NCBI RefSeq assembly: GCF_006345805.1
Contig: NC_043004.1
Coordinates: 7,130,001-7,194,000, forward strand
Direction of reading: 5' to 3'
Source of the DNA: Octopus sinensis
Taxonomy: Eukaryota
Length of the DNA: 64,000 nucleotides
In this document: positions 24,591 through 38,217 of the stretch, piece after piece
Layout: each line of letters opens with the position of its first letter
Numbering within the stretch: the stretch's first letter is position 1
Position numbers and translations under genes: made by a program
Notes under the pieces: model-generated
What the model was told of the DNA's origin: nothing
Databases searched by the model: none
The model's input: the letters and a program-made list of their open reading frames with translations, nothing else

Positions 24591-25971
24591 TTTTCAAGTT
24601 GGATGTTTGAATTAGTTTAAAAAAATTTTTTTTTTTTACTTAGAACGTGAATCCATTATCATAGCATATAATGGGCTGGAGATGGGATGTTAGAGTATTG
24701 CGTGATGAAATTTAATGTTTTGAAATGTCCCATAGATGTATTATGTCAAGTGTCTTTGTTCACGTCTGGTTTGAAATAACTACACTGTACTTTTGTTTGG
24801 TTCATTCATTTGGCAACAACTGCAAACAAAACTGATTTAGCTCATGTAAAATAGTTCCCAGAAACTGTCTTTGTCTATTGTAATTGAAATTTTTTTTAAA
24901 GTTGCTATTAATATCATTAAGTGTATGTTTCACATCGTTGTCATCTTCATAGAAATCATGTTTCCAAACATGGACAGGGCATTCACACCTATTCTCTGCA
25001 AGATATAAATTCTGTGTTGTCTAAATGTTTTCCTTTCTGACCTAATACAGGTTTTTGCTTATCTTTACTGGAATTACTTTTTGATACCCAAGTTGGAAAA
25101 TTCTACATAGTCACTTCATCTGCTTTTAATAGTAGCCACAAATCCCTCAAATACTTCTTATTCCATTTCCTTTTTTATCTTTTACTTGTTTCAGTCATTG
25201 AACTGTGGCCATGCTGGTGCACTGCCTAATCAACCCCAGTATTGGGCTGATACCTATTCTACTGGTCTCTTTTGCAGCACCACTTAGTTATGAGGATGTA
25301 AACAAACCCACAAATTGTCAAGCAATGCTGGGACACAAAAACACATACACACGTGCCCATGCACACATACACACACTATGGGCTTCTACATCTACCGATT
25401 CTTCTCACAAGTTATTGGCTGATCCAAAGCCATGGTAGATGACATTTTCTCAAGGTGCCATGCAGTGGGACTGAACCTGAAACCATGTGGTTACAAAGCA
25501 AGCTTCTTAGCCACACAGCCATGCCTACACCTAAAAAAGACATTAGATAATGTAGTCCTAGATATATTTTTGTCTTGAGTCTGTAGGCTTATGAGGTTGC
25601 AGTTTATTTTGTTTTCAAGGTTTTTAGGTTGAGAGTACAAAACCCGCCTCTGGATAGGATGCCAATCCATCACAGGGTTAAGCCCTGGCTATTACTCATT
25701 TTCAGCCGAGTGCAATATATCAAAGTGAAATGAAGTTCCTTGTTCAAGGCCACACAACATACTACTTGATCATGGAATCAAATCCACAGTCTAATGATCG
25801 TCAAATCCTAACCACTAAGCCACCTGCCTTCTTATCCTAGATCTGTGCACTATACTGACAAAAATTGACTGATGGACACAACTAAAATGCCATTGGCTAC
25901 AGGTCAGTTCAATAAGAGCTGACTTCATCAGCCCAACATATTTCATATCGACATGCCCTAAACAGCTGGTT

Positions 25972-26303
25972 TTAACTCTTCAACATTTAAACTGGTAGAA
26001 TATCTGACTCAAATATTCTATCTGTTTTATGTTAAACTGGCCAGATCTAGCCTCTCACAATGTCATTCTAGAATTAAGCAATCATATCAGAATCTCAAAG
26101 CTACAAGATGCATGATTAATCCAAAATGCTGTGATTAAATATCTGACTGTAGAAACCTTGCCTGATCAGATTGGAGCCTGGTGCTGTCCATTGGCTTGCC
26201 AAATCTCAGTCAAACCATCCAACCCATGCCAGCATGGAAAGCAGCCGTTAAATGATAATGATGATGATGATTTGATAGAGTACTCTGAATGCTAAAAGGT
26301 TAA
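25972..26303. mobile_element. piggyBac-type MITE (degenerate), interrupted by an RTE 3' UTR fragment
   Basis: TTAA-CTCTTCAACATT … AATGCTAAAAGG-TTAA termini. A partial related end lies at ~23037. Confidence 0.45.
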
Positions 26304-27378
26304 ACAGTGAAATTTAAGGAATATTTGGTTGCTTTTTGTAGCTAGTCAAGTGACTATAGAGACTAATTTGTTAGCATGTCTAGATTTGTTTGTGTTGGTA
26401 TTTTACTCTTTTACTTGTTTCAGTCATGTGTCTGTGGCCATGCTGGAGCACCACATTTAGTCAAGCAAATCGGCCCCAGGACTTATTCTTTGTAAGCTTA
26501 GTACTTATTCTATCAGTCTCTTTTGCTGAACTGCCTAGTTACAGGCACACCAGCATCGGTTGTCAAGCGATGTTGGGGGGACAAACACAGACACACAAAC
26601 ACATATATATACACATATACGATGGGCTTCTTTCAGTTTCTGTCTACCAAATCCACTCAAGGCTTTGGTTGGCCCGAGGCTATTGTAGAAGACACTTGCC
26701 CAAGGTGCCACGCAGTGGGACTGAACCCGGAACCATGTGGTTCGTTAGCAAGCTACTTACCACACAGCCACTCTTATGTCTATTAATGATTTTAAATTTT
26801 GGCACAAGGCCAACAATTTTAAGGGGAGGGTTAAGGTGACTTATATCTATCCCCACAAGGATGAAAGGCAAAATCGGCCTCGGGGAAATTTGAACTCAGA
26901 ACGTAAAGCCGGAAGAAATAGTGCTAAGCATTGTCAGGCGTGTTAATGATTTGCGATTTTTAAATATTATCGGTTCATAGATTTTCATGAATGTACAGTA
27001 AGATTTGGAGCCAGTAACACTTTCTTCGTATCACTTTATGCATATCTTTTGCACTTCAAATATTTTGGTGATAGTTGATGTATTTTTAAAAAACAATATT
27101 AATGGAGTTACTGTGTGCAGCTATGTATGTAAGGTGTATGTGTATCAATATGTGTGTATTGATATATATATTTGTGTATGCATGTAGACATGTTTATATG
27201 TGGCAGTGTGGTAGATTTTTTAATCTTTAACCAGAATTTTTGGGTTCAGTTCCACTGTATAGCAGCTTGGGTAAGTGTCTTCTTTTATAAGCCCTGTGCC
27301 AGCAAAATCCTTTTGAGTGGATTTCATAGATGGAAATTAACAGCAACCCATTGTGTGAGTTTATTTATATACACGCAC

Positions 27379-28248
27379 ACAGAGGGTGCATAAACTATCG
27401 TCTCAATTACACAAAAATGAAAATAACACTGACATCTTATTTTAACAGATATATTTACCAAAATTACATAAAAATATCTTGAAATACTAAAGAGTAAATT
27501 TATTCAATAAAATCGCCATTGGCTTTAACCATGGCCTCCAGACAACTTTGGAATCTCCTGCAACTCTTCTGGATGTTCTCTTCGCTTAAGTTGGTGAATG
27601 CTGCCATAATCCTTGCCATCAGTTTTGGTGTTACGAGGAATTTGTTGGTCTCTTGCTCAACTGTGCCCTACACATAATAATCAAGGGGGTTGCAGTCTGG
27701 GGTGTTAAATGACCAGATGTTATGGGTGATGTCACAGAAATTGTTTGACAGACATGACTGGCTTCTCCTACTTGTGTGGCATTGTGCAGTCCAGATGTAG
27801 GATCTTCCAGCAGCCACCCTGTTAACCCAGGGCAGCACTACCGCCTCCAAGTACTTGATGTAGGCCTCTGTGTTGAGTCTGAGGTTCTGTGTGAATATGA
27901 ATGGTGGCATTTTATCACCATCATTAGTGATCACTCCGAACACAATAATGTTGACTGGATGTTTTATTTTTGTCACTCTTGGTACATGTCCTCAGATTGC
28001 ACTGTCCTCAGATTGACACCTAAACACTCTGAAATATTTGTATTGGAACCTTCGGTGTGAATGCCAAGCAGTACAGCATGTTGTTTCCAAATTTCTAGCA
28101 GAGTGAATTGCGTCATGGTGTTGTTTTTCCTACAGATGGTGCCCAACTGACCCTACTATACTATGTAGTTGAGAAAACCAAAAGCAAACAATGCACATGT
28201 ACGAAATTAAAGATATAAAATGGTGACAATTTACCCATTGCACCCTGT
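27379..28248 (-). mobile_element. Tc1/mariner (maT/DD37D-like) internally deleted transposon
   Basis: ORF 27668-27976 reads KHPVNIIVFGVITNDGDKMPPFIF…YIKYLEAVVLPW…PDCNPLDYYV, part of the DDD catalytic region. Ends are CAGGGTGC-like, with TA at the right end. Confidence 0.8.
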
Positions 28249-28842
28249 ATATATTTGTGTGTGTGTGTGTAACATCTCTGAATGACTAATATATTTTCCA
28301 TACTTGGGGGTTTTTATGAGAAAGAATTTTGTGAAGCATCAGACTTCAGCAGAATAAATATGGGTAGTTCAATCTTAGTTAAAGGTCTATAGCATTTGTC
28401 CATGTTATGTATAATTAACAACAGGTCAAAGATTTGTTTTCTCTCATTTTTAATCCATATAATCTCTGTTAATGCAAAGAATTCGCTCCACACTGAAGTG
28501 AATGCTAACGATGAAATAAATATTTGGTAACAACCCTCTGGTTCTTTTCGTTCAACATTGAAGTCCTCCCCACTCCTGTAGCTTTTGCTACATAACATGC
28601 AAACACAAACAACTTTTTGGCAGGATTTCAACTCTGAGCTATATATAAATCTGCTAAGCTTATTTTATCCTGTTAAAAAGTCTGCATCCATCCCCCATAT
28701 TTTTTACTAATCTAACTTCCAGTTTGCTAGATTGGTGGATGTAGTTTTCTTAGTATCAACATTACACAAACATATCAATTTCTCTTTACATTAGTCTCTA
28801 TGGTGTCAATTAGTATTTGTGCATGCGTGTGTGTGTGTATAC

Positions 28843-29591
28843 CTCTTTACTCTTTTCTCTCTTTTACTTGTCATTTTACAGTCATTTGACTGTGGCCATG
28901 CTGGAGCACCACCTTTAGTCGAGCAAATTGACCCCAGGACTTATTCTTTGTAAGCCTAGTACTTATTCTATCAGTCTCTTTTGCTGAACTGCTAAGTTAC
29001 AGGGACGTAAACACACCAGCATTGGTTGTCAAGCGATGTTGGGGGGACAAACAGACACACAAACACACATATATACATATACATGATAAAAGAATTTTGT
29101 GAAGCATCAGACTTCAGCAGAATAAATATGGGTAGTTCAATCTTAGTTAAAGGTCTATAGCATTTGTCCATGTTATGTATAATTAACAACAGGTCAAAGA
29201 TTTGTTTTCTCTCATTTTTAATCCATATAATCTCTGTTAATGCAAAGAATTCGCTCCACACTGAAGTGAATGCTAACGATGAAATAAATATTTGGTAACA
29301 ACCCTCTGGTTCTTTTCGTTCAACATTGAAGTCCTCCCCACTCCTGTAGCTTTTGCTACATAACATGCAAACACAAACAACTTTTTGGCAGGATTTCAAC
29401 TCTGAGCTATATATAAATCTGCTAAGCTTATTTTATCCTGTTATATGGGCTTCTTTCAGTTTCCGTCTACCAAATCCACTCACAAGGCTTTGGTTGAGCC
29501 AAGGCTATAGTAGAAGACACGCAGTGGGACTGAACCCGGAACCATGTGGTTGGTAAGCAAGCTACTTACCACACAACCATTCCTGTGCCTC
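28843..29591 (-). mobile_element. Family A SINE carrying a 355-bp copy of adjacent unique DNA in its centre
   Basis: SINE halves 28843-29088 and 29444-29591 flank 29089-29443, which duplicates 28321-28675. Confidence 0.85.
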
Positions 29592-30781
29592 TACATAATT
29601 TGTAACTTGTTTGTCAAAATTTTCAATATTACTTGAAAATAAGAAATGTGGCCATTGATCACATAATTCTGAGTTCAGATTTTGTAAAAGATGTTATGTT
29701 TTCATTCATTATAACACACTGATCTCTTATTATAAAAGGCAGATTTTATCTGCCTCCCTTTGTCTCTTATAGAAATCTACAATATAGGATTTCTTCAATT
29801 ACAATTTACCTAGCATTTTTAAGAGTAGAATGCATCGGGTCGTGCCAGGTCCAGTTTTTAAAATTTCAACCCCAATTAAGCAAAATTTAGAGAAAACTTA
29901 CATTGTGGTGTGTGAGTCAAGTGCTTTTCTTAGTGTGGGCTATAGCACACGCACACACACACCACACACACACACACACACAAAAAGGGAGCGATCTGAT
30001 TCACTCACGCTATCATTCTAATTTCTACGACTTTCTCTTTGCAAGTTTGCAACGATTAAAGTGAAACTATTTCGATAAAACGAGAGAAGTGTACCTTAAA
30101 CCACTACTAAAAAAAAAAAAAACACAGCAAACAGAAACAAATAAATACATAACGATTTATTCCTCACACAATTTCTTCAATTAGAGTTTACCCATGATTT
30201 TTCAAAGTACTTCCATTGGGTCATGCCAAACAAAATTTCTTTCAATTTTACCCCCAATTAAGACAAAATTCGAGAAAACTCAATATTTTAACATTTCACT
30301 CCGAAAGCATTGATGTACATGTGTGCGTGCGTGAGTGTGTGTGTGTCATTCCTCACACACGCATACACATACATATATGACAGTGACAAACACAAACGTT
30401 TCAAACAACTACATACAAACACGTGTGTGTTTGTTATTAGTAAAAAAGGCGCCAAAACACAACTCACTTCTCATTCCAACACATTTGCAAAGACACACGG
30501 ATGGTCGAATTGCTATAACAATACAGAAAAGGTAAATTGATTTTTATTTTACTTTCTGTCGTTAAATTTTGGTAGTATTAATTGGCGAGCCGAGCTTGCA
30601 GTATGAAAGTGTTTATGTATAAACAGACGATACTTATATATAGTTATTAATAAATGTATGCATCCGTTTAAAAGAAAAACCAAAAAATATTTTATTCTTT
30701 ATAAATGTTGTGTTCAAAATAACATTTTCTTTTAAGAATGTGTATATAACAAAGTATGTGTATATAACTACGTGGCTTATA

Positions 30782-31181
30782 TCTTTATATATAAAAGTGA
30801 AGTTGTGTGTCTGTCTCCTACGATTTAGATTCCTAACTACTCCCACATTTTGCGGTGCAGTGTAACCAAAACCGGGTATCTTATAGTCGTGATTCATATC
30901 GAGCCCTTCTGGGTATTAGCGTGCGTCTACGATGAGTCTACGATTTAAAAAAAATTTACCATCATATTTTTCCATTTTAATGCATTTTTTTCGCTATTAT
31001 ATAAGGGAAGTAACTCTCTAAAAAATATCTATGATGTGTCAACGATTTCAAAAAAAAATTTACCATAATTTTTTTCCCATTTTTAATGCATTTTTTTGCT
31101 ATTTTTTGGCTATAACTCTCTAAAAATGCTTATATAGTTATTTCCCTTACAAACCCGAGCAACACCGGGCGATACTGCTAG
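30782..31181 (+). mobile_element. Non-autonomous Helitron
   Basis: A|TCTTTATATATAAAAG … CCCGAGCAACACCGGG hairpin … CTAG|T. Confidence 0.8.
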
Positions 31182-32203
31182 TGGTTAATTAACTGACAGA
31201 TATGTTCTAGCTGCAGGCATGGCTGTGTGGTTGAGACAAGATACAAGCTTACATTGTACATTCACTGGAATTTACTCCCACACACAACCACTTGCCCCCT
31301 TCATTTCCTCTTCACCACATACCTTACCACCCAATAATTTTCAACTTGCTAGTATTCACCTTCATACCTTTTGTCCTCCAAGCCATCTTTTAACACCAAA
31401 ATATTCCAGTATTCCTCCATTGTAAGACACCTGTTTCCGTCCCACTTGTCATATTTTAACCTTTCACCACCTGGCATGAAGCCACTCCACTTAATACTAT
31501 CACTTCTTCATTTTAGAGGTTTTGTGTTGTGAGTTACTTGGTGACTTTACTAATGTCGTTACCACATATAAAGCATCACTATACTCTGTAAAGTGGTTGG
31601 TGTTGGGAAGGGCATCCAGCCATAGAAACCATACCAAAGCAGACACTGGAACTTGGCACAATCCTCTGGCTTGTTGGCTCCTGTCAAACTGTCCAATCCC
31701 AACCAGAATGGAAAACAGATGTTAGATAGTGATGATGATAATGATGTATTATCTAAAATTAAAAAAAAAAGGTTATTTTTATATTGTTACTATAGTTACA
31801 GTGCTGATCCCTTCTTGAGATTTTATAACTACTTACTTTGCTTGTTGTAAATCAGTGACTGATGGCCACAATATATTGCTGGCTGGAGCAGGCCCTGGCT
31901 ACCTATAGCAATCAGGTACTTGTGACTGGAGATGAGCCAACCAGCTCAAAACTGAGTAAGTCTCGTGATCCTGTTGTCTGCTAGAGGATGGTAGCCTAAA
32001 AAAAAAAACATGGTACAAGACTTCTGATGAAGGTACAAGACTTAAGGGCTCAAAACTTTTCATACACCCTTCGTATATGTAATGTACTGGGTGGCAGCGC
32101 TGCATCGATATCCAGCTGGTGGAAGATTTGCCTGGGGTTAAACTAGTGGTAACATGAAGCAGCCTCTTCAGTGTAGCAATTAACTTTATTTATTTTTTAT
32201 ATA

Positions 32204-32553
32204 CAGGGTGATTAAAAAGTCTCCATACATAGGAAAAATTTATCTTTTTATAAGATCCCTTGATCTGACCCCTCTTGATTTCTATCTTTGGGGGCATTTG
32301 AAAGGTATGCTGTATCGCGAAAAGACAAAAAGCATAAATCATTTGAAGGAACGCATCACCAACTCAATTTGTACAAGTATCACCAGATGTGCTATTATGA
32401 GTTCACAATGAGTGGGGTAAATGTATTGCAATGTGTATTCAAAACAATGGTAACCATACAGAGCCTGTTAAATAAAAAAGAAACTGTTCTTATAAACTGT
32501 TTCTTATAAAAAGATAAATTGTTCCTATGTATGGTGACTTTTGAATCACCCTA
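32204..32553 (+). mobile_element. Tc1/mariner deletion derivative with intact TIRs
   Basis: TA-CAGGGTGATTAAAAAGTCTCCATACATAGGA … TCCTATGTATGGTGACTTTTGAATCACCCTA-TA. It retains the transposase motif RSLDLTPLDFYLWGHLK. Confidence 0.85.
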
Positions 32554-32597
32554 TAGTTTATTTTGTTCTCAACAAACTTTTTTTTTTCTTTTTCTAG

Positions 32598-33405
32598 GAA
32601 ACAGACTGAAGAAAAATCCTGTGATCGACTTCGGTCTCCAGCCCAATGTCAGCAAGAAGGAAACAAACTTAATTCTGACATTCTCACCAGGAATTCTATT
32701 GCAACGAGACCTAACGTAAGCTCTACAGAACTGATGACTGGATGTATATCTTCACTTCAGAAGCTGAAGCTTATTTGTCCGGAATGCCAAAAGGCAGAAT
32801 GTTGCAAAGTATATTTGAGAAAGAAACTGTCCTCCTCCATGCTGGATAAATTTAACTTGGCCCGGTCCTTATCCAGTTGTAGAGGCGTCATAAAAGAGGC
32901 TCGGTTTCGACCTCATCCCTCTGACAGTTCCGAAAGGAGTGTATTGCGTGCTTCACGTTTAAAGTTTCTTTCACAGTTCAATGCAAATAAACGTGCTAAG
33001 CATGGTGTGTGTAAAAACAAATCTTCAAAACTAGAAGTCGGTGCAGTATTTGGCCGTTGCTCTGAGAGATCATCTACCAATTTTGCATCTTTGGCTCAAA
33101 ACACCCCTGAAACTTTCAAAATTCCTGTCTTGACGAACGATACCACAGCCCCTCAGTTTTTAGCTTATCAGCACAACTTATCGCGTGAAATGCTTCCTTG
33201 TCCCTCTATGAACAGCCAATCTCCATTTGAAATGCGACTGTCGTCTCTGGCAGTAAATTCCATTTCTCCCCTTTCTATAGAAAAGACTTGTTCTTTACAA
33301 GCCAGACTTGATGATATGAGTGTCAATGAACTTGCTTGTTACTTTGAAGAATTTGTTCATATCCCTAAAAAAATGAGTGAAATGGCTGAAATGATGTACA
33401 GGTAA
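32598..33405 (+). CDS. OSER1: OSER1-like protein (DUF776), terminal coding exon
   Basis: Strong acceptor tttttttctttttctag|G at 32597. TG+G restores Trp in frame (…DSKTW KQTEEK…). The C-terminus KTCSLQARLDDMSVNELACYFEEFVHIPKKMSEMAEMMYR matches the OSER1 hallmark (…SCSEQAR…[31 protein letters not shown]). 362+808 nt = 389 aa plus stop. Confidence 0.93.
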
Positions 33406-33531
33406 CAATGAGGACGATGAGATGACATGAATATCATCCTCATTATTATTATTATTACTAATTATTATTATTTTTATTATTATTCATTATTATTTTTCTG
33501 TTATTTTCTTAAAAAAAATCTGAAATGTTTT

Positions 33532-33600
33532 ATTAAAATTATAAATAAAAGGTTATTTAATTGTTCCCATTGAGTTATAATCATTTCAGTTTTATTTTTT
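33532..33600 (+). terminator. OSER1 polyadenylation signal region
   Basis: ATTAAA then AATAAA (33544-33549) about 140 nt after the stop codon, followed by a U-rich downstream tract. Confidence 0.55.
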
Positions 33601-36600
33601 CCTTATTTTGATTTGGGTTTGATGTATCTTTCTGTGATGTAGATTCTTTACATGCATCTTGAACCTGTGCCACCTCCTCTGAGAGGCCTAATATTTTCAG
33701 TTTCCAGTTTGACTTAACTCCATATAACTTAATGCTTCATAGGTGCATAGGGCAAGGATCTGTGCTATGCACCCATGCACTTTTCCATGCTTCCATGCTT
33801 TAAGATGGGATTTGTCGAGGCAGATTTTCTGTGGCTGGATGTCCTTCTTGTTGCCAACCCTCACCTGCTGGTAAATAGGTGCACACAGACCTGCATGTGA
33901 ACACACACACACGACTAGCTTCTTTCTGTTTCCATCTGCAAAATCCTTTCACAATGCTTTTGGTCAACTAAAGCCTTTCTTTTATCCATTCCAACACGTT
34001 TTTAATATTCAATCATTTTCTCTACTTGTAAGTTAACTTTGCATGCCCAGCAGTTGATATTTAGCTCATCCTTCTTCGGTTTTACTCCTTTATATTTACT
34101 GTCCATATTTCAGAACTGTAGGACATTATTTTAAAAGCATTCGAATACAATCTCAATGTATAAGACTTCTTTCACCTTTTGTGAACATTGGAGGAAGCCT
34201 CTATGTGGTTGCTTCATCTGCTAGAAAAAGCTGCCAAATCTCATTGGATTAGTATTCCAAGGAAGGACACAGATGATGTAATCACTGATACATGGATGCT
34301 ATTTAGATGAATGATTAAGAAGACTTCTTTGCTATCATGTTGCCCCCAAATTTGATATTACTGTATAATTTTAGGTGAATGCCTTTCCATAACCTCAGGT
34401 CAATCCAGTTGTTACAACTGAACCAAGGTAGAGGAGGAACTGTTTCAAAGCTTCTTAGATGGATTGTTACTGGCACTCTGTCAGTTACAACGAAAGTTCC
34501 AGTTGATCCAATCAACAGAACAGTCTGTTTATCGTGAAATTAACGTGCAAGTGGCTGAGCACTCCACAAACATATGTAACCTTACATAGTTCTCAGGAAG
34601 ATTCAGTGGGACACGGGATGAAATGCAGTTACTACTGACTTTTGCTGGTCAAGTGGACTGGAACAGTGTAAAATAAAGTATTTTGCTCAAGGACACAACG
34701 TAACATCGGATATTGAACTCATAACTTTACTAATCATGAGCTGAACGCCCCTAACCACTTAGCCACATGCCCTCACATTGATGAAATGTACCTGAAATCA
34801 AAGGGCCAGCCTTGTTATACAGATTCTACATCAACAATACTGTGGAATATTCTTTTCTGCTCTAGGCACAAGGCTTGAAATTTTAGGAGCTAGTTGATTA
34901 GATTAACCCCAGTACGCAACTGGTATTTAATTTATTGACCCCTAAAGGATGAAAGGCAAAGTTGACCTTGGCAGAATTTGAACTCAGAATGTAAAGACAG
35001 ACGAAATACTGCTAAGCATTTTGCCCGGCGTGCTAATGTTTCTGCGGCCTCACCGCCTTAATACTGTGGAATATTTATTTCTTTATTGCCCACAGGGGGC
35101 TAAACATAGATGGAACAAACACGGACAGACAAAGTTGATTACATCGAAGCCCAGTGACTAAATGGTACTTATTTAATCGACCCCGAAAGGATGAAAGACA
35201 TAAAGACAAGATACTGCTGAGCATTTCGCCAGGCGTGCTAACGTTTCTGCCAGCTCGCGGCCTTAACACTGTGGATTATTGGAATACTGAATGGATTGCT
35301 GTGGAATATTGTCATATGCTAATTCAATGGTGAGACTGTTCTGTTGATCAAATAGTTGAAACAGTCATTGGAACCACGAGAAATCCTTTTACGTGTGTCA
35401 TGAACTTAGACCGAAGCTTAAACCAGTGACTGCTGAGACTGCCCTTCATCCTTCCCGAACGGGATACTGGTTGGTAGCAGGGTAAACTTCCCAGCTATAT
35501 GTGTTTTTAAATGGCTTACAAGCACTTTCCACGCTGCAATTGTTTTTGTTTCAGCACACGATCTCAGATCAGGTCACTTGTTATGCAAATACATCTCCGT
35601 AATTATTACTTTAGTTACATTAAAATTAACTTCTTGTTTTGTCAGTTTGTCATAATAAAAGTTGTTTGCATTTTTTTTTTTTTTTTTTGTCGAATCTTTA
35701 CCTTACCATTTCTACTGATGAAAGCTATTTTGTTATATTGTTGTCATCACTTAATGTCCACTTTTCCATGCTTGCATGTGTCAAACAGAATTTATTTAGA
35801 ATGATTTTCTACAGTTGGATTCCCTTCATGTTGACAACCCTCATCTGTTTCCAGGCAAGATAATATTTTCTTACATCTAAATGTTTTCCCACAGAAGATT
35901 GGAAATGAACATCAATTGTATGGTGGTAACACTCGTTTACAACCATCAGATATCAGGACAAGGGTACACACAGACACACCAACACACAACGGTGTATATG
36001 ATGATGGTGGCAGCTCTTTGCATCCAAAGATCATAAGGAAGAGTGGCAAGTGCATAAGTGGCTATATAAACTGATTCATGAATGACAGGCTCTGGCACAC
36101 TTGAGACAAATAATTAGCCTTTGGTCAGTTGGGGATCATGACGGTGACCCTTTATATCAGTGATTCAAAACCATTTGTTGCTGATGGACCCCCCTAGTCC
36201 CTCTTATGTCTAATTCCTTTCTCAAGATACTAACACTCTATCGAACATGTACACTTACATTACACATCCAGCTGAGCATACTAGTCTCATTTCTTTCTAA
36301 CCTTTGCATGTCCTCTGCATTCAGGGCCCACGTCCCACTACCATGTAAGTTGCCAGTGCCGCCCGACTGTCTCCTGTGCCGGTGGCGAGTAAAAAGCACC
36401 CACTACACTCGAAGTGGTTGGCGTTAGAAAGGGCATCAGCTGTAGAAACCTTGCCAGATTGGATTGGAGTCTGGAGCAGCCTTCTGACTTGCCAGCCCTC
36501 AATCAAACCGTTCAACCCATGCCAGCATGGAAAGCGGACGTTAAACGACGATGAGGATGATGATACATGCATCGTACAATCTTAGATCATGCCCATGTCC

Positions 36601-36821
36601 TGAAATTTTGGGAAAGGGGGCTTGTCATTTACAATCCACTCCAGTCCTTGACTGGTTCTTGTTTTATCAACCCTGAAAGGATGAAAGGTAAAGTAGACCG
36701 AGATGGTATTTGAACCCAGAACATAAAGCTGGAAGAAATGCTTAATACTGTAGATACTGTCATAGATTTGGTTCCATAGTTAAGATTGATGTAAAGTGAA
36801 AAAAAAAAAATACAACTCTCA

Positions 36822-37075
36822 AAGTAGTATGGGCATATGTTGAGGGATGAGGAGCATGTTCTGAAGAGGGTGCTAGAGTTTGAGTTAAATGGACAGCAAC
36901 AGCAAGGCAGACCGAGCAAAAATGTGGTGGAGGAGATTGGGAAGGTTGGCTTGAAGGGACGATGCCCGAAACCGGGCGAGATGGTGTGAGGGCGGTTGGT
37001 ATGGCATTGAGGTAGATCCGGCCACCCCCATTGACGGGGACAAAACCTGGATTTAAAATGATGGATGGTGATGAA
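36822..37075 (+). mobile_element. RTE LINE 3' fragment
   Basis: Translates YGHMLRDEEHVLKRVLEFELNG…GRP and ends in a (GAT)-like tail. Confidence 0.55.
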
Positions 37076-37646
37076 AGTAGTAGACGATAAAAATATAGAA
37101 GTCGCTTGAATTTGTACCTTCATTACTTCTACCTAGGTGAACTTTTACATTATCTCAAGAATCAAATGATTCAGAAAACTATATAATTGCATCTTAAAAT
37201 TTTCAATATAACCATGGAATTCCTCCTGGTATCATCAGTCCTTCATTAATTTTAGAAAAGTTTGCGTAATTATTTTCAAGGGAAGCAACTCTTTGTTCGA
37301 CAATCTAAGGGACATAACTATGTATTGAGAGCTTGAAATGTGCAACGATTGTTTACGTCCAAACACACACACACTTTCATGAAGACATAGGGTGCATATA
37401 TATCCGTATCATATTGACCCATTATGCAAGTCGACGAGCTGGCAGAATCGATAGCACACCGGGCGAAATGCTTAGAATATTTCGTCTGTTTTTACGTTCT
37501 GAGTTCAAATTCCGCCGAAGTCGACTTTGCCTCTCATTCTTTGGGGGGACGATAAATTAAGTACCAGTTGCGTACTGAGGTCTATCTAATCAACTGGCTC
37601 CTCCCCTCAAATTTCAGGCATTGTACCTATAGCAGAAAGGATATAA

Positions 37647-37874
37647 CCCATTAGTGTTCAATTTTTTTCTTTTAATTTATTACAAAAAATCTTTTTTTTT
37701 TTTATAAAACTTTATCTGATACTAAATATATATAAAAAAATTCATCACAATATTTGAGAGACACTCCAGTCTTGATGATTAACTAAAGATATCTCAGAAA
37801 AATCCAGGTGTTGCAGAAATATGATGGATTATCCTTTTGGTCCTTAAAAAAAAAGGACCATGGGCGCTGATGGG
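37647..37874. mobile_element. piggyBac-type MITE
   Basis: ATAA-CCCATTAGTGTTCA … TGGGCGCTGATGGG-TTAA imperfect termini. Confidence 0.45.
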
Positions 37875-38217
37875 TTAAAGAGAAATATTTCATACACTCC
37901 TTAAGTAAATAATAAAAAAAGGAATAAAATAAGCAATTAACAACAAAATACCTAATATAAAACCAATAAAAAGTAAAAAATTCTTGGTACCATCGAATTA
38001 TTTCCCTTTTGAAAACTCTGTGTGTGTGTGTGTCTTATTTAACGTGAATATACTGTAAGAGAATCTCGTATAGACGTTTGGTGCTAAAAAGTCCAGAAGT
38101 ATCAGGAACAGACGAAAAAAGGCTGTGGAATCGCCAGGTCTCGGGATTTCTGCGGATTTGCGCGTCATTGAGAGCAACTATCCACTATCAGTCACATGAG
38201 AAGCATGCAGCTGATAA

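Noticed and set aside
28314-29399. Duplicated 105/135-aa ORFs as a gene pair
   Set aside because: They have non-ATG starts, are antisense within the OSER1 intron and show no homology. The identity simply reflects the 355-bp duplication.
32563-32597. N-terminus MFSTNFFFSFSR of the 280-aa ORF
   Set aside because: It is the translated polypyrimidine tract. The exon starts at 32598.
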